A stretch of DNA of 58,540 nucleotides, counting the filler, from Squatina squatina (taxonomy: Eukaryota), in assembly GCA_031763465.1 (NCBI GenBank). It is 4 parts of 4 records of this genome, joined end to end, with 100 filler letters (N's around TTAATTAATTAA, not from the genome) between each part and the next. Parts side by side here need not be neighbours in the genome. Positions count along the whole stretch, not along the records: positions 1 to 14,254 come from JARFOE010000013.1; 3 more parts are not named here. One strand, 5' to 3'. The position numbers and the translations under genes are program-made. Positions 1-14,254 of this stretch are shown in pieces. The notes beneath the pieces were generated by a model. It worked only from the letters and a program-made list of their open reading frames with translations, had not been told where the DNA came from and did no database searches. Positions within the stretch are counted from its first letter, which is position 1; every line of letters begins with the position of its first letter.

Positions 1-12
1 CTGGCATTGTCA

Positions 13-335
13 TAGAGACAGATAAACAGCCAACTAGGCATAAATCGGTAGATTAGAGCTGAGTAGATAGATAGGCATTGATAGAGTTTGGTAGATAGAC
101 TGGCAAAGATAGGTAAATAAGAATACATAGATAGACAAACAGGCAAACAGGTAACTTGATAAATAGGGATTGATATGGAAAGTTATTTAAATGTACATTC
201 AAATAGTGGTAGGTGTTTAGATAGATAGGGTAGGTAGGTAAATCGAGTTTGGTCAGCAGGTAGGCAAACATAGATAGACAGATAAATAAACAGATGCGGG
301 TAGGTAGGTAGATAGATAGGGATAGATCAATAGAG
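13..335. repeat. Degenerate (GATA/GGTA/GACA)n tetranucleotide-derived simple repeat
   Basis: Recurring tagata/taggta/tagaca units throughout the stretch; explains the low-complexity ORF 53..271. Confidence 0.8.
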
Positions 336-2782
336 AGGATGCATTAATGACCGCTGCTACGTCACACTCGATTTAAACACTGCAGAATATACTTGGATCA
401 CATTGTCTGGATGGGATATTCAGTGTTAAAATCATACATATTTTGGTCGTTTGGAAATCCATTTCATTCTGTGTGGTGTTCATCAAGGTCATTTAGCTCT
501 GGAATGGCATTGGGCTGATACACTTACTGCATGGCTACATTTTATGTGTCAGATGTAATATTAGGGTTTCCCGCACAGTAAAAGAAATATAGGTTGTGCA
601 TATTCTACTTCTGTGTTAAAATCACTAGTTATTTCCTTTTTTATAATTATTGGAGCTGCCTTTGCTCTCTCGTGCAGCCACTGCCCAAGAAATAAAGGTC
701 ACCAAATAAGTATGAACCTTCTACATTCATTATTTTTTCATGTTGACCAGCTGCTCCCTCAGCACAACAGGGACAACACAGACAATGGCCTGTCCAAATT
801 AAACCTGCTTCCTGTTCACTTCCAGCAATCATAATAAAGGCCAATTTCAACTGAGCTTTGCGTAATTGGATCTTCTAAAAGCCAGCAATGAGCCTCTACT
901 CCACATCCCTATTATATTATACAACTGTTTAAAACTAAATGACATTAATTCCAAGGATTAATAGGATCAGATAAAGTATTGGAGGTAAATAAATGGCAAT
1001 TGCTGCTAAATGAAGAAATGTTTTAGGGTAACTCTTGTTTTTAGATCTTAATGATATTCTCAACAAGCAGCCTTTCTGCTCATCAGAGGCACAGACATAA
1101 AGGCTGGAATTTTAAAGCAGAGGTGGGTTAGTAGTGGGGGTGGGCTAGAAAGCGGTCTGAAAGCCCGGGAGGATCAGTTTCCCTCAGCCCTGCCGAACTT
1201 AATGGCAGGGCCTGATTTGCATTTCAAACNNNNNNNNNNNNNNNNNNNNNNNNNNNNNNNNNNNNNNNNNNNNNNNNNNNNNNNNNNNNNNNNNNNNNNN
1301 NNNNNNNNNNNNNNNNNNNNNNNNNNNNNTGTGCAATGAATTGTGCAGTCTCCACTCAGTTCCAGACTCTCAACCACAAGAAACTGAGTACTATTCGCAG
1401 AAAATATGCCACTCCAAAATGGAAAGGGTGGATGGAAGAGCCTTTGTACGGTGTGTCAATCAACCTGATTATTTTTAATACCCATAGCATTCTCATAAGG
1501 AAATTTACCCTAAATAAGACACACAAATGGCCTACACCAGATTTGACAGCTGCACATCCCTCATAAAATTCTACATAAAGCTGGTTCGAAGACAATATTT
1601 AATTAGTTACATAGCCTTTCATCCTCCCAAAGTGAAAATGATTGCCTTGTGATGTATCAGTAGTGTTAGCTATTAATGTTAACTGTTCCTCTGTAGGTCA
1701 CGGCATCTAGCTCAAGGGTATAATACAAAAGGAAGAGAAACACTAACTTCAATTGCCCAAAGCAACAGTCATTGTTTGATACAGTCAATCCAACAGCCTC
1801 AGGGTAATGGCCTTAGCAATCGTGCCCTTGACACTGCCACGATTTGTGTAAGAATATACACAGAGATTTCCGTCATGCACTTAAATGAATCATGGAATGT
1901 GTTATTCACAGTGATACATACCTTAAAGTTTATTTTTCATTTATTCCTGTTACAAAACCTTAGAGAATTAGACTTCAACTGGATAATGGAAATAAATTTT
2001 CCTTGTATGTAATAAATCTTTATTGCTATAAAAGGATTTTTTCCACTGCTGTAACTTTGAGCTTGTAATAACCAGTTACATTTAACACATTCAAAAAATG
2101 CCATAAATAAATGCAAAAGTAGCAGCTTCAGAACACTTGTGATATTATGTACAAAATTAAGAAACAAAATACCATGGGAATTTATACCATTTCATTTCCT
2201 CAACCTCAATTGCACATCGTTGAACCACATAATCTGTTTATTGATATTGAAATCTTTGGAACCAAATTTCCCAGCAGACTTTTATAATAAGCATCCAGAG
2301 CAATACCACACAGGTTGATACAATATCTGGGCTATCTGCATCAGTTTCTGTGGGCTCTTTTGTTTATCTTGAACGCTACGCATTTCAGTTCCAGGTGTTG
2401 CAGAGTTGCTGCCGTTACGCCCTAACTTCCCACGGCAAATTCCAACCCATTCGCCTGGAAAAGATAAAGGCCTGGAGATTTGTGTTCGCCATGAAAGTTG
2501 CTGGTGTTACTGGAAAGTGGATTTAACAGCCACTGAAAATGGACAAAGCGCTACAAGAGAAAAATTCACACTGGGGACTAAAGATGTTTAAGCCAGCACT
2601 AAATTACTGTGGAACACCCTCCTGGTAGTGTTTGTGCAGGACTGGGAGTCGAAGTTCCCATCCAGAAGCGCCCTTCCAGTTTNNNNNNNNNNNNNNNNNN
2701 NNNNNNNNNNNNNNNNNNNNNNNNNNNNNNNNNNNNNNNNNNNNNNNNNNNNNNNNNNNNNNNNNNNNNNNNNNNNNNNNNN

Positions 2783-3500
2783 TGAGGAATAAAAAGTCCA
2801 CTGGAAAAGTGGTACAGCCATGGTTAACTAGAGAAGTTAAGAATCATATTAGAATAAAATAGGAAACTTATAATGTTCTCAAAAAGTGCAGTAAGCCTGA
2901 AGATTGGGAGGGTTTTAAAAATCAGCAAAGGATAACCAAGAAATCGATTAGGTGGGAGAAAATAGAACATCAGAGTAAACTAGGAAGAACTATAAAAACA
3001 GATTGTAAGAGCGTTTACAATTATGTAAAAAGAACAGTTTACTAAAAGTAAATGTGGATCCCTTAGAGGCAGAGACAGGAGAAATTATTATGGAGAATAA
3101 GGAAATGGAAGAGACGTTAAACAAATATTTTGTGTTTGTCTTCACAGTAGAAGACACAAAGAACATATCGGAAATTGTGAGGAACCAAGAGTCTAATGAG
3201 AGTGAGGAAGTTAAAGTCATTAATATTAGTAAATAAAAAGTACAGGAGATATTAATAGGAGTAAAAGCTGACAAATCCCCTGGGCCTGATGGCCTACACC
3301 CTAGGGTTTTAGAAGAGGTAGAATTCCCTAGATTCTAGAATGGTCCCCATGGATTGGAATGGTAGGAAATGCAACCCTGTTGTTCAAGAAATGAGGGAGA
3401 GAGAAAATGGGGAACTATATACCAGTTAGCCTGACATCTATGCTAGGGTAAGTGCTAGAATCTATTATTGAGTGTGTGGTAACAGGGCATTTGCAACATC
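2783..3500 (+). mobile_element. CR1-clade LINE ORF2 fragment (HER1-like), decayed
   Basis: Translates with stops and frameshifts to QPWLTREVK...TDCKSVYNY...GEIIMENKEMEETLNKYF..VFTVED...KADKSPGPDGLHPRVL...GNYIPVSLTS..GKVLESII, typical of CR1 ORF2 entering the RT domain. Confidence 0.9.
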
Positions 3501-5250
3501 ACAATGGCCGGATTATGCGGTCAGCAGCGAAGTGTTGGTGCTCACTATTAACTGCAAAGAAAGCTGTCCACAAAGATCTAGCAATCTCAATGGCATCGAT
3601 TTCACCTCTTCTATTTGATTCTGGCATCACTTATAGGGGACCTCCAACATTCAGCAACAGTGATGTCATCAAGGTGGCTAAGCAGCCAATCATTTTGTAG
3701 AATTCTCACAGACAGCAAACCAGGAAGTAAAATGCACTGATTATCCTTCACTTTTTAAATCATTTGACAGAGAGTGAAATAAAGATTGGGACATAGACAT
3801 GCGATTAAGGTAAAGGCTGAGATATCATAAACAAACTTTAAACAAATAGAAAAGTTAAAAACCATGGAGCTTTTATCGTAATGGGAAAAATTTGACATTC
3901 CACAAACATTGGGAGCCCAATTCGGCTTTTGTGCGTTGGTAGCGCCAAGTGCCGAATTTAGCGCTAGAAATGGGACTCTATGAAAGTTTTCCTTCAAGCC
4001 CCCAATTNNNNNNNNNNNNNNNNNNNNNNNNNNNNNNNNNNNNNNNNNNNNNNNNNNNNNNNNNNNNNNNNNNNNNNNNNNNNNNNNNNNNNNNNNNNNN
4101 NNNNNNNGTGGGAATGGAAGTGCAGCCCATGAATTTATATTAATTCATTTTAATGGACAGAAAATCTTGCAGGACATGCTAACCTCCCTCACCTGAATTC
4201 CTGATGTGCACTCCTGCAGCACAAAGCTGTGCACTCGACACGTTTATTTGTAAAAATGACCACTTTGTCCTTTTTTTCACTTTAACTACCTCAGTTAATG
4301 TCACATCCTAAGAATGTGACAGAGAAAATAATCTGCAGAGCAAACAGACTTAAAAAGGGTCATTATGTTGAAAGTGAGAATTGAAATGATTCAGATGCAC
4401 CAAACTTTGTGCAGTGACAAAACTCAAATTACATTTTAAGCTATAAATGCACTTCTAGTGTTAATGTAATCTCAAATTAGCTGTAGAAATTACAAAATGG
4501 TGCAACAAAAATTTCATATCCTATTAAAATCTTCTTTAGAGGACACAGGAAACTAGCCATGTGATCCACTCCATGCCCTGAAAAACTAGACTGAATGTCA
4601 GCCAGCTCTAAATTAATTTGACAAACAAGCTCAACCAGCAGTTTCATATTTAATGCAGATTCAGAAGGGAACAACATTCAACCAAAACATTTCATCTGTA
4701 TTTCCTATGAAAATATTGGACAATTAAAAAAAATTCCAACAATTCAGCAGAGAACAAACAAAAAATAAATGTAATGTTTGAAACAGATGGCCCTTCATAT
4801 GTTTTAAGTACATTGGTAACTCTACAGTTTGTGCTCAGGCTCCAGGCTGTTTTTTAAGCTTGAACTCCATTTCCAGTCAGATCAATGACAAGTGGCGTTA
4901 ACAGCAATGTTTAATTCTATCAATATGTGACCAATTGTGTTATATTGCTCGGTCATTGATTTCACATTGTGTTAAAGTCTATCACTTAAAAAAGCTAAAT
5001 TTCCTGTGCTGCCACATACAAATGACAAATGCCTTTAAATGCTTTGTGCTGAGGCATTACTCACAGCAATGCTTCGATTCCGCTCGTTGTCCATAACCTT
5101 TCATTCACAACGTCTTTAAGCTGCTAACTAATGATAAAATAATGCAACGCCAGCTCACAAATTTAAACACAAGAAATGTCACAATTCAGATGCAACAGAA
5201 CTATTTTATTTGGTGTCGCTCTCAAATTACAGTACCCATGCTGTACACAT

Positions 5251-5615
5251 TCAGCTGTAGCTCAATGTTAGCACTCTCACCTCTAAGTCAGTCGGTCGTA
5301 GATTCAAGCCCCACTCCAAAGACTTCAGCACATAATCTAAGCTGATATTTCAGTGCAATACTTAGGGAGTGCTGCACTGTTAGAGGTGCTGTCTTTCAGA
5401 TGAGATGTTAAACCGAGGCATCGTCTCCCCTCTCAAGTGGCCGTAAAAGATCCCATGGCACTATTCAAATAAAAGCAGNNNNNNNNNNGGGCGTTTTCCT
5501 GGTTTCCTGGCCAATATTTATCCTTCAACTACCATCTAAAACAGATGATCTGGTTATTCATTTCATTTTAGGGAATTTGCTGTGTGCAAATTGACTACAT
5601 TACAACAGTAACTAC
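5251..5615 (+). mobile_element. tRNA-derived DeuSINE (SacSINE1-like), near full length
   Basis: tRNA-like head (gtagctcaatgttagcactctc...gattcaagccccactcc) followed by the core gggagtgctgcactgt..gaggtgctgtctttcagatgagatgttaaaccgagg...aaaagatcccatggcactatt. Same family as 24765-25083. Confidence 0.85.
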
Positions 5616-8600
5616 GGGCTAGATTTTACGAAGGCTCAGCGGACACGCTTGTTGGTGGGTCAGGTGGGAAAATGTTTTTTTCTGATGGTGGGTCACATTA
5701 CTTTCCCAGCGATGGGGGAGGCATTTCAGGTGATTAAGACCATGTTAATTTTGAGCTGTACTTACCGTATNNNNNNNNNNNNNNNNNNNNNNNNNNNNNN
5801 NNNNNNNNNNNNNNNNNNNNNNNNNNNNNNNNNNNNNNNNNNNNNNNNNNNNNNNNNNNNNNNNNNNNNNGATAAATTTTTCCTTGTAGGATAAACTGCA
5901 CTGCGGCACTGAACTGTTCCCTATTGTGCATCCTGTATATACTTGCGTGCAATATAGCCCTGTTACCTTACATATTATCAATTGGTTAGCTGTTGATTAG
6001 ATTCAATGTCAATTGTTATTGCAATATCTGGGGATGCTGAATTTTTATGACATTCTTTGACCTAAACATCAAGGCAACATTGATTTTTGACCAAGTTATT
6101 CAAGTGTTGCATCCCTGTTTAACACAGTTTTAGCCCAGGCAGCCTATATTACAGTGTGCTGCCTGACTCTTAAGGTTGAAACCCATCAGTTTCAGAGCTC
6201 TACAATAAAAGGGTCACTACAGTAATTTTCAAATACTGGTGAATAGAGGACATTAGTAGGCAGTAGATGGACACGAGAATTAGGCCACAAATGTACAATA
6301 CTAATAATTCAAAATCCATCAAATGGTTGTTACTGGGCTGTCGACCACATGACTATTGATCTCTGTTGTTGGTATGATTTTACTGCATTAGCAAACTTTT
6401 TCAAAATTGAAATATCTGAAGAGGACTAAATCTTAAATAAACAACCAATTCAGATGTCCCTCAGTTTAAAAGGTACTCAATCAAATAAAACAATGGAGTC
6501 CAGGTGGTACATTGAACACCAATAAAGTAATGATATTCAAGTACAAATCCTGATCTTCTCCCTGACACTATGGCAAGGTGACAAGCAGNNNNNNNNNNNN
6601 NNNNNNNNNNNNNNNNNNNNNNNNNNNNNNNNNNNNNNNNNNNNNNNNNNNNNNNNNNNNNNNNNNNNNNNNNNNNNNNNNNNNNNNNTGGTTGTCCGCC
6701 ACCGATCAGCTGTAGTTCCATGTTTCCCTGGGCGCTTCTGAACTGGGATGTCCAGAAAGTGTTCATTCCAGAAAATGACATGGAAGGGCATGAATGTCCC
6801 CTCACACCACATTAGCATGGCTGTAATGGACTTGTACCATGCAGTCCCGGTTCTACCCACCCCACACCATCCTCCCACGGAAATCCTGGGGCAACATAAA
6901 AAGGGGATGAAAATGTTTAAATGGGTCTCAGCTCCTTTTTTCCTGATCTTTGTAGCAAGGCAAGTGAACATTGTCCAGATGCAAAGTTCAGGGGGAAAAA
7001 GCCCAATTGAATCAGTGTAGTTTCTACCGAGTGCTTCGGCCAAGATCTCACCAATTCAGTTCTGCAATGTTTCAATATCGACGAAAGCTGCAGGTTTCTA
7101 GATCAGTTTGGTATCAACTGGCACCAAATCAACCTGCAGAACAATGACTGCACTTTTTGTGAAGTACTTTGGGATATCCTGAGGATATAAGGGCAGATAT
7201 AAATGCACATACATTTTTTTAAATCTCCCCTGGATCAGAAAGCAGTAGGTTTAAGACCATCCCTGTGGAAAATAAACTAATTCCTGATGCCAACAATTCA
7301 GTTCAGAAATTGAGGGAGGAGAGGCACAAAACTGTCTTAGGTGCTATCTTTCAGATAACTGCTAACTTAGAGAGATCCTGTCTGATTCTGTCAATGAACA
7401 AAATAAAATCTCACAATGCCAACAGCAAAGAGTCTGATCCCAAATGTTGTTGCCAATATTCTCAAAAGAAACCATTTTAGTATTCCATGTCCCCTGGGAT
7501 GCACTGTAAATGAGACACTGCATTTCACTGGTTAACTCTTGTTAAATACCTTAAAACATATGAATGAAGACTTGTTGTTACAGTTATTTCTCTGTACCTT
7601 CCACCTTTAAGCTAAACAGCTAATTACCGATTCAAACTTTTATGGAAAATAATTCTTAGGACAGTACATGTATTTGAAGCTTCATGGTGCATTAATCAAT
7701 CTTTTAACCCAGTTCTGTACTTTAGATATCTGGGCCATAAAGTGTGTGACTCAGTGCAAACAATCAACATCACAGGCTGTTAATAGGTCCCCTTACAAAT
7801 CGCTATTCCAAAATAATTGATTATGTTTCTCTTTTGGTTAGTGAGGGGCTGATCTAATCCTGCGATCTAAGGGATTACAAAATACAATGACAATCTGTCG
7901 GAATTCACACAATAGACAATTTTAATAGGAACAATAGCACCTATGGGATGAACGAAAACCATTATTCACAAATCAAATATTGTAATGAACAACCAGTTTG
8001 AACATTATATAGAAGTGTTTAATTTAAAATATTAGCTGAAACTGCAAATAATAAATCTATGTGAAATATGCAACCTATTAGCCACTGAAACTTAAACACA
8101 AGTACAGCACTGCAAAAATGCTGCTCTTGTGTGGTGAGGTTCGCTAAACTGAGTAACCAGCAGTCAGATTAGCAGCAATAATTTACACAAGTGTGCAAAA
8201 CAAATCGGTTCTATGTTGCATTTGGCAATCATTTGAAATGGCCCTAGAGCCTAACACCCTTGTGAGCGGTTAGTGTGTGCAGCTTATCAATTTACTGGCA
8301 AACGGCTCCCTGAAGTATTAACCCAGGTTAATTATTCGTCAAATATGATTATGCAGTTCTAATGTAAAAATCGGGAAACGTAGGATGGNNNNNNNNNNNN
8401 NNNNNNNNNNNNNNNNNNNNNNNNNNNNNNNNNNNNNNNNNNNNNNNNNNNNNNNNNNNNNNNNNNNNNNNNNNNNNNNNNNNNNNNNNNNNNNNNNNNN
8501 NNNNNNNNNNNNNNNNNNNNNNNNNNNNNNNNNNNNNNNNNNNNNNNNNNNNNNNNNNNNNNNNNNNNNNNNNNNNNNNNNNNNNNNNNNNNNNNNNNNN

Positions 8601-8907
8601 NNNNNNNNNNNNNNNNNNNNNNNNNNNNNNNNNNNNNNNNNNNNNNNNNNNNNNNNNNNNNNNNNNNNNNNNNNNNNNNNNNNNNNNNNNNNNNNNNNNN
8701 NNNNNNNNNNNNNNNNNNNNNNNNNNNNNNNNNNNNNNNNNNNNNATCACGAATACCGCGGCAGGGGCGCAGTTCCGGGAGCTGCCGCAGAAAATGGGCA
8801 ACCCTGGGAGAATTTCCCCCCCTATGACTTTAGCTTGTACTTTATGAAACAAAGATTTCTTATATATATATATATATCTCAGTACAGAAATTTCCAAGAG
8901 CAAGGAT

Positions 8908-9283
8908 ATCATAGAATCTTACCGCACAGAGGGAGGCCATTTAACCCATCGCGCCTGTGCCAGCTCTTTGAAAGTGCTAGCCAATTAGTCCCACTCCCCT
9001 GCTTTTTCCCTATAGCCCTGTAAATTATTCTTTTTCAAGTATATATCCAATTTCCTTTTGAAATCTACTTCAACTACCCTTTCAGGCAGTGCATTCCAGA
9101 TCATAACTTGCTGCATAAAAAAAAATTCTCATCTCCCTTCTTGTTCTTTTGCCAATTATCTTAAATCTGTGTCTTCTGGTAGCAGACCCTCTGACCAGTG
9201 GAAACAGTTTCTCCCTATCTACTCGATCAAAGCCCTTCATAATTTTGAACACCTCAAGTAAATTTCTCCTTAACATTCTCTGC
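8908..9283 (-). mobile_element. CR1-clade LINE 3' fragment
   Basis: ORF 9082..9276 reads LLEVFKIMKGFDRVDREKLFPL...HRFKI, the conserved CR1 ORF2 C-terminus, followed by a 3' tail. Confidence 0.85.
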
Positions 9284-12200
9284 TATTCTTAACCTTAACC
9301 TATCATTTGGGGTTTTTAGCTGTGTAGTTTTTTAAACAAGCAGAAAAGGTACATTGGAAAATGCATGGACTAACGGCACAATTCACAATACTGCCAAACC
9401 CCCATAGTCTCTGATCATTACTGCTCTTGTGTATCAGAGGTTTGGAATAAAATAACTCAATATATTCCAGAAAAGATCTCAAAGTTTTAAGTAACAGGTA
9501 TAATTTTTGTACCGGATTTACAGAAAAGGCCAAACTGTGTGCAGATTAACATTAAAAAATGCAAATCAACCAGCTTTATCTAAGCATTCCCTGCACAGAA
9601 CTGATAAAGGCTGCGCTGTAATAGCCAAGTGATTTACACAAAGGTAACTGTTGACTTCCTCGGTTTCCACGTAGTTCTAATGCATGAACAATGTGCAGTT
9701 AGGTGAGGGGAAACGTGCCTTATTTTAAAAGTGAGAATTGCTCACGATTTCCTTTGCTATCAACAGATTAAATATAAGGAGCTCACGTAGACCACACAAC
9801 GTTTTCTGTATTTACACAAAATTAATATTTCCAAAAGAAGAATAAGAAAAATGTCAATACATCTCTACCATTACCCCCACTGGCACACAGACTCATAACC
9901 AGACATCCTATTTGGCTCACAAGCTGTTGATGAGAAAAGCTGAAATTGTAGCTGTCACTTTGAATTTCATCAGTACGATTTGTACAACATAGTGAAATTA
10001 AAAGCAGCTGATGGCAAAGTATCCAGTTTCAGTCATTAGCCATCAGAACTGACACGGACCATTCATAAAGGCCAGACCCCTGGGTCGTGCTGTGGATACT
10101 TTACCCTGTCACCAGGGGATTTGCTGCTGATGTTATTGTTTCATGCCCCACTTCTTTGCATGCACAGGGCAAGAAATTATTTGGTTTTGCCATCTTTTCC
10201 CACTTTTAAGAGATAAAAAAATGAACAGAAATGCACACGGGGCGAAGGTGCAACGAAATGTCTCTGACGTACATATCACAGGATACAGTTATTGTACACT
10301 GAATTGTCTTCCCACTTCAAACACACAACTGAAAGCTGCAACAAATGTGTTTCTTTCCTCTGAAGAATTCAGGAATATAATACAGCATCAGATCTCCCAG
10401 CACATCTCCACATAAAACAAGCGTAATAACATTCCTGGAAATCTCATGATTGTGTTGCCATGTAATTTTCTTTTTAGTTTTCAAAAGAAAACAGTTCAGC
10501 TAAAAGGACACAGGGGCATGTATTAGTGCTGGTCAGTGCTCAAAGAAATGTGTTATAAATAATAAAGATGGCCAAGGTGAAGGGCACTCGAAATTACCTC
10601 AGGATCGAAGCTGAGCAATCAAAGAGAAGAATCAAATTCTGTATTTAAAAACCCAAGTTACAATAGATATGCTTTATTTGCTGGCCAGCTCCAAATGTGC
10701 TAGTTGCTGGCAGCACAGGTGATATCTGCAGAAATCAGCAACTTTGTCGGAGGTAGTGTCAGAAGAATCAGTTGGAGCTGTATAAAGCCATTCCTATTCT
10801 CTCTTCAGGCCAACATTGAAGGGGGACAATAAATGAAAGGAAAAGAAATTGTCAAATCACACATTTACCTCTAAAATGTTTTCACTTGTGCCATTGTCGT
10901 CATTTTTGTGATTTGCTATTACTGCACGTTTTGGATGCCTTTAGATCATCTCAATTTAAAATCTTCACTGAAACATAGCCGAATGTATTATCCTTCTTAT
11001 TCTTGTGAGTTTGGGTTATTTCATTCTGTATTGAATTGCTGGATTTTCCCTGGCTCACAGAGTTTGCACACACCTTGTGGGGTTATATATAATGTTGTGT
11101 TAACTTTAAAAATTCTTCCAGGCACGGTTTATCAACAGGAAGTACAAACTGCATCGACTACAACAATGTGTCTTTTGTCCTAGGGAATAAATTGTGCAGT
11201 TGACATAGAATTCATCCAGTGTTTGAGGAACTGAAAGTAAACACTGGAGAAATACTTCAGTGAGTCTGAGCCACTGAGTGGCTTGGCTTGTGTACACCAC
11301 CAACAAATTATTACACAGAAAGAACAAAGAGCCTTTTACTTAGCGAACTTTAAGGGAGACAATTTTTTTCAAAACCCTTTGGAGCATCAATGATCTCTAT
11401 ATAGCGGTAGAAATAGGAGATTAGGAGGTTCAAATTGAATATTGACTTTATAAGAATACAGAAACAGTGAATCAAATAAACTATTTTTATTTATTTTTCA
11501 GATAAATGTTCTCTCAATTATTGCTCATCGGAATTATTTTGGTTAACTGCATTTGTCATTCCCTCTCTCACACCATGATTTCAGTAATCGACCATTTTAC
11601 ATGCTGAATAAGGCATATTGTTAAATAAACCGACAAATTCACAGCAANNNNNNNNNNNNNNNNNNNNNNNNNNNNNNNNNNNNNNNNNNNNNNNNNNNNN
11701 NNNNNNNNNNNNNNNNNNNNNNNNNNNNNNNNNNNNNNNNNNNNNNNCACAACCTCTCTCTCTCTCTCTCTCACTCTCAAAAATACTTGTTTTCATAGTA
11801 TATTTTTCTTTTTATTTGACCATTGAAAACTTTTCCAGCTGAATATTAATTATTATTCAAAGTAGCCTATGAGTGTACTAAACTCAAATGCCCTACAGAT
11901 AGCGGAAGAAGCAAGTTTCAAATCCGTCCACAAATTCCAACAGATTGAAGGGAGCTCACAGGTTCAAACTTAGCTAAATACACACCGATGAAAAATATAC
12001 AAAAAAAAATCAAGCAAGTCAAAAAATACCGCAGGGTTCACCTGTGGCCACTGATCTTCCAGTGACCTTATGATGTAAGAAAGATTCAAAACGGACCTAA
12101 TATGACCTTAGCTTTAGGTGTGCTAGTGGTACACATGGGATACTCACAGTCCACGCCATACTCTCTTCAAATATGTAATAAAGTATTCAAGAACTGCTCC

Positions 12201-14131
12201 TGCAGAGAACACTTCACACAGTCGGCATTTCCTTCTGCACCCAGTGCCACTGAGCTCAATATTCTTTCAGCTGAGCTATTTGTCTGTCTTTCAGTAGCAC
12301 AGCATAGTTCAAATGGCAATCCTCGGCCCAAGACAGCTGAATCACTTCACTACCTATATAGTACGCCATTTTGAAGCTGTAATATCCTTACACTGTCCTC
12401 TCACTGCAGTTCCTCTATCTACCCTTGTTTTGACGAAAACAAAATTTATATATATTTTTTCATGGTTTTTTGTGAATGCAACCTTTACCAAACTGTTCTG
12501 CGATGTAAATTTCAGAACTTTAGTTACAAGTTACACCTATCACCTCAATAAAGTTTTATAAACATGAACTTAAGATAATGATTGCAAGCAAATAAATTTA
12601 ATCTTGATGGACACTCTTCCGACAAAATAATGATTTGGAAGCAAGCCACTTCTCAAATAAAGTACAGAAAAAAAAATATTTTTACCACCTTGCAAAATGT
12701 ATAACAGCAATGAGACCATATTCCGTTGTATGCTACTACCAAGGGATTTCTTGTCAAAGTCAACTTCCAAGGCAGCCTCATGGGAACTGTGCTGTGCACA
12801 TTCTTATGGAAGGTGTGAAAATCTGATTTTCCAAAATGGATCAGTAATTCTCTACGAGGGAAAAAAAACTGAATCGATAAATCTTTGCTAAGTAGATTGC
12901 AAAGGAAAAATTATTCTTCCATTGACAGCGCATTAGGAAGTCTAAAACAATCTAAGCACAGTGCCAGCACGTCACCTCCATACCAAGAGTTTTAGATACT
13001 TACACAGTCGTAAGATATCTAATTGGAGTGCTTTACTACACTAATGAGAGACATGGTGTGCAATCTGTAAATCTGTCTGAAACAATATAGTGCAGATAAT
13101 TAAGTTTAGATTCAGAAGATGGAACGAACCATACGATTAGAGTTACAATGCGGAAGTTCTGGGTGATCATGGTGTATATTTTGTGTTCATCTGGCTTACA
13201 ATGCAGACATGTCCATTTTCAAAAAGAAAATCACTTCAAATACATCACAGTGAAACATTAATAAAAGTACATGGATTAATTATCTACTTTTTCTACTGGC
13301 TTGTGTTCTGACAAGAGAGAACTGTTTGCTGCTGCAATTAAATAACAATTTCAAAACACTAAGAGCAATATGCTGCACACTTCCAGCTGAAAGTCAAGCT
13401 CTCCAAATTTTTTAATGTTTTGCAACGCATCAGCATGAGGCATCGACCTGGCTGGAATTACTTAGATCGAAAGTAAATGCACTGATTGTTTTCTCAGTGT
13501 GATATTTTTCCCCGCTTTGAGCTGCAGAGTCACAATGGCAAGCTACTACCATGGTGGCTGTTTTAGTTCTCTGTCTTGGCCCACTGTAGCTTGTGACACG
13601 ATCAATAGCCAGGTTATGAGGCAGAGGAAGCTAAAGAGAGATTATGCTGATGAGGAAGGTGACAGAATTATCTCACTGGATTTGTTCTTTGTATCACCTT
13701 CAATCTTTTTCCACTTCTGACAAGGATAAAATCCAACAGCAAACAAAACTGAAAACAGCAGGTTGTGATTGAATATTCTGGCCAAACAAATACTAAAAAC
13801 ACTCTCCCATTCCAGGACAAAAGGAATTGCCTTGAACAAAAACCTGTAATTGGGACCTTTAACACACTATTTATATGATCTCACAATTAAAAAGAGCAAT
13901 GTTATTTCAACAGTTGCAAGAAGCTAGGAGGAAATTTAAGCAAAGAAAATGTTGATATCATGTTCCAAATCAGCACACAAAGTTCCACTGCTTCTTTCTG
14001 TCACGACCTTCCTTGTGACTGTTTTTTGTATCGATAACACTTTATCAGTGCTCCTTTATTGCTGCTCTTGGTGGCGGATATGGTGTCCTACGTTTTCCTC
14101 CTTCTCCCCATATCTTCATTGTGGAGAAATC

Positions 14132-14254
14132 GAGAGTAATTTTAACCTAACCTGTCTGGTGGGGAACCCACGGGATTGGCTGGAATGCTGGATTTACACC
14201 CCACCCAATATTATTGACTTCCTTGGAGAGTAAAATCGGGCGGGGTGTAAAAGG
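14132..14254. mobile_element. Truncated copy of the palindromic MITE family seen at 15596-15782
   Basis: Shares aattttaacctaa and tttacacccc...taaaatcgggcggggtgtaaaa with the complete copy; cut by the scaffold end. Confidence 0.7.

Noticed and set aside
10020-10040. Minus-strand ATGA..AAA..GA as a SECIS element
   Set aside because: Only about 3 nt separate ATGA and AAA; SECIS needs a helix of roughly 11-12 bp.
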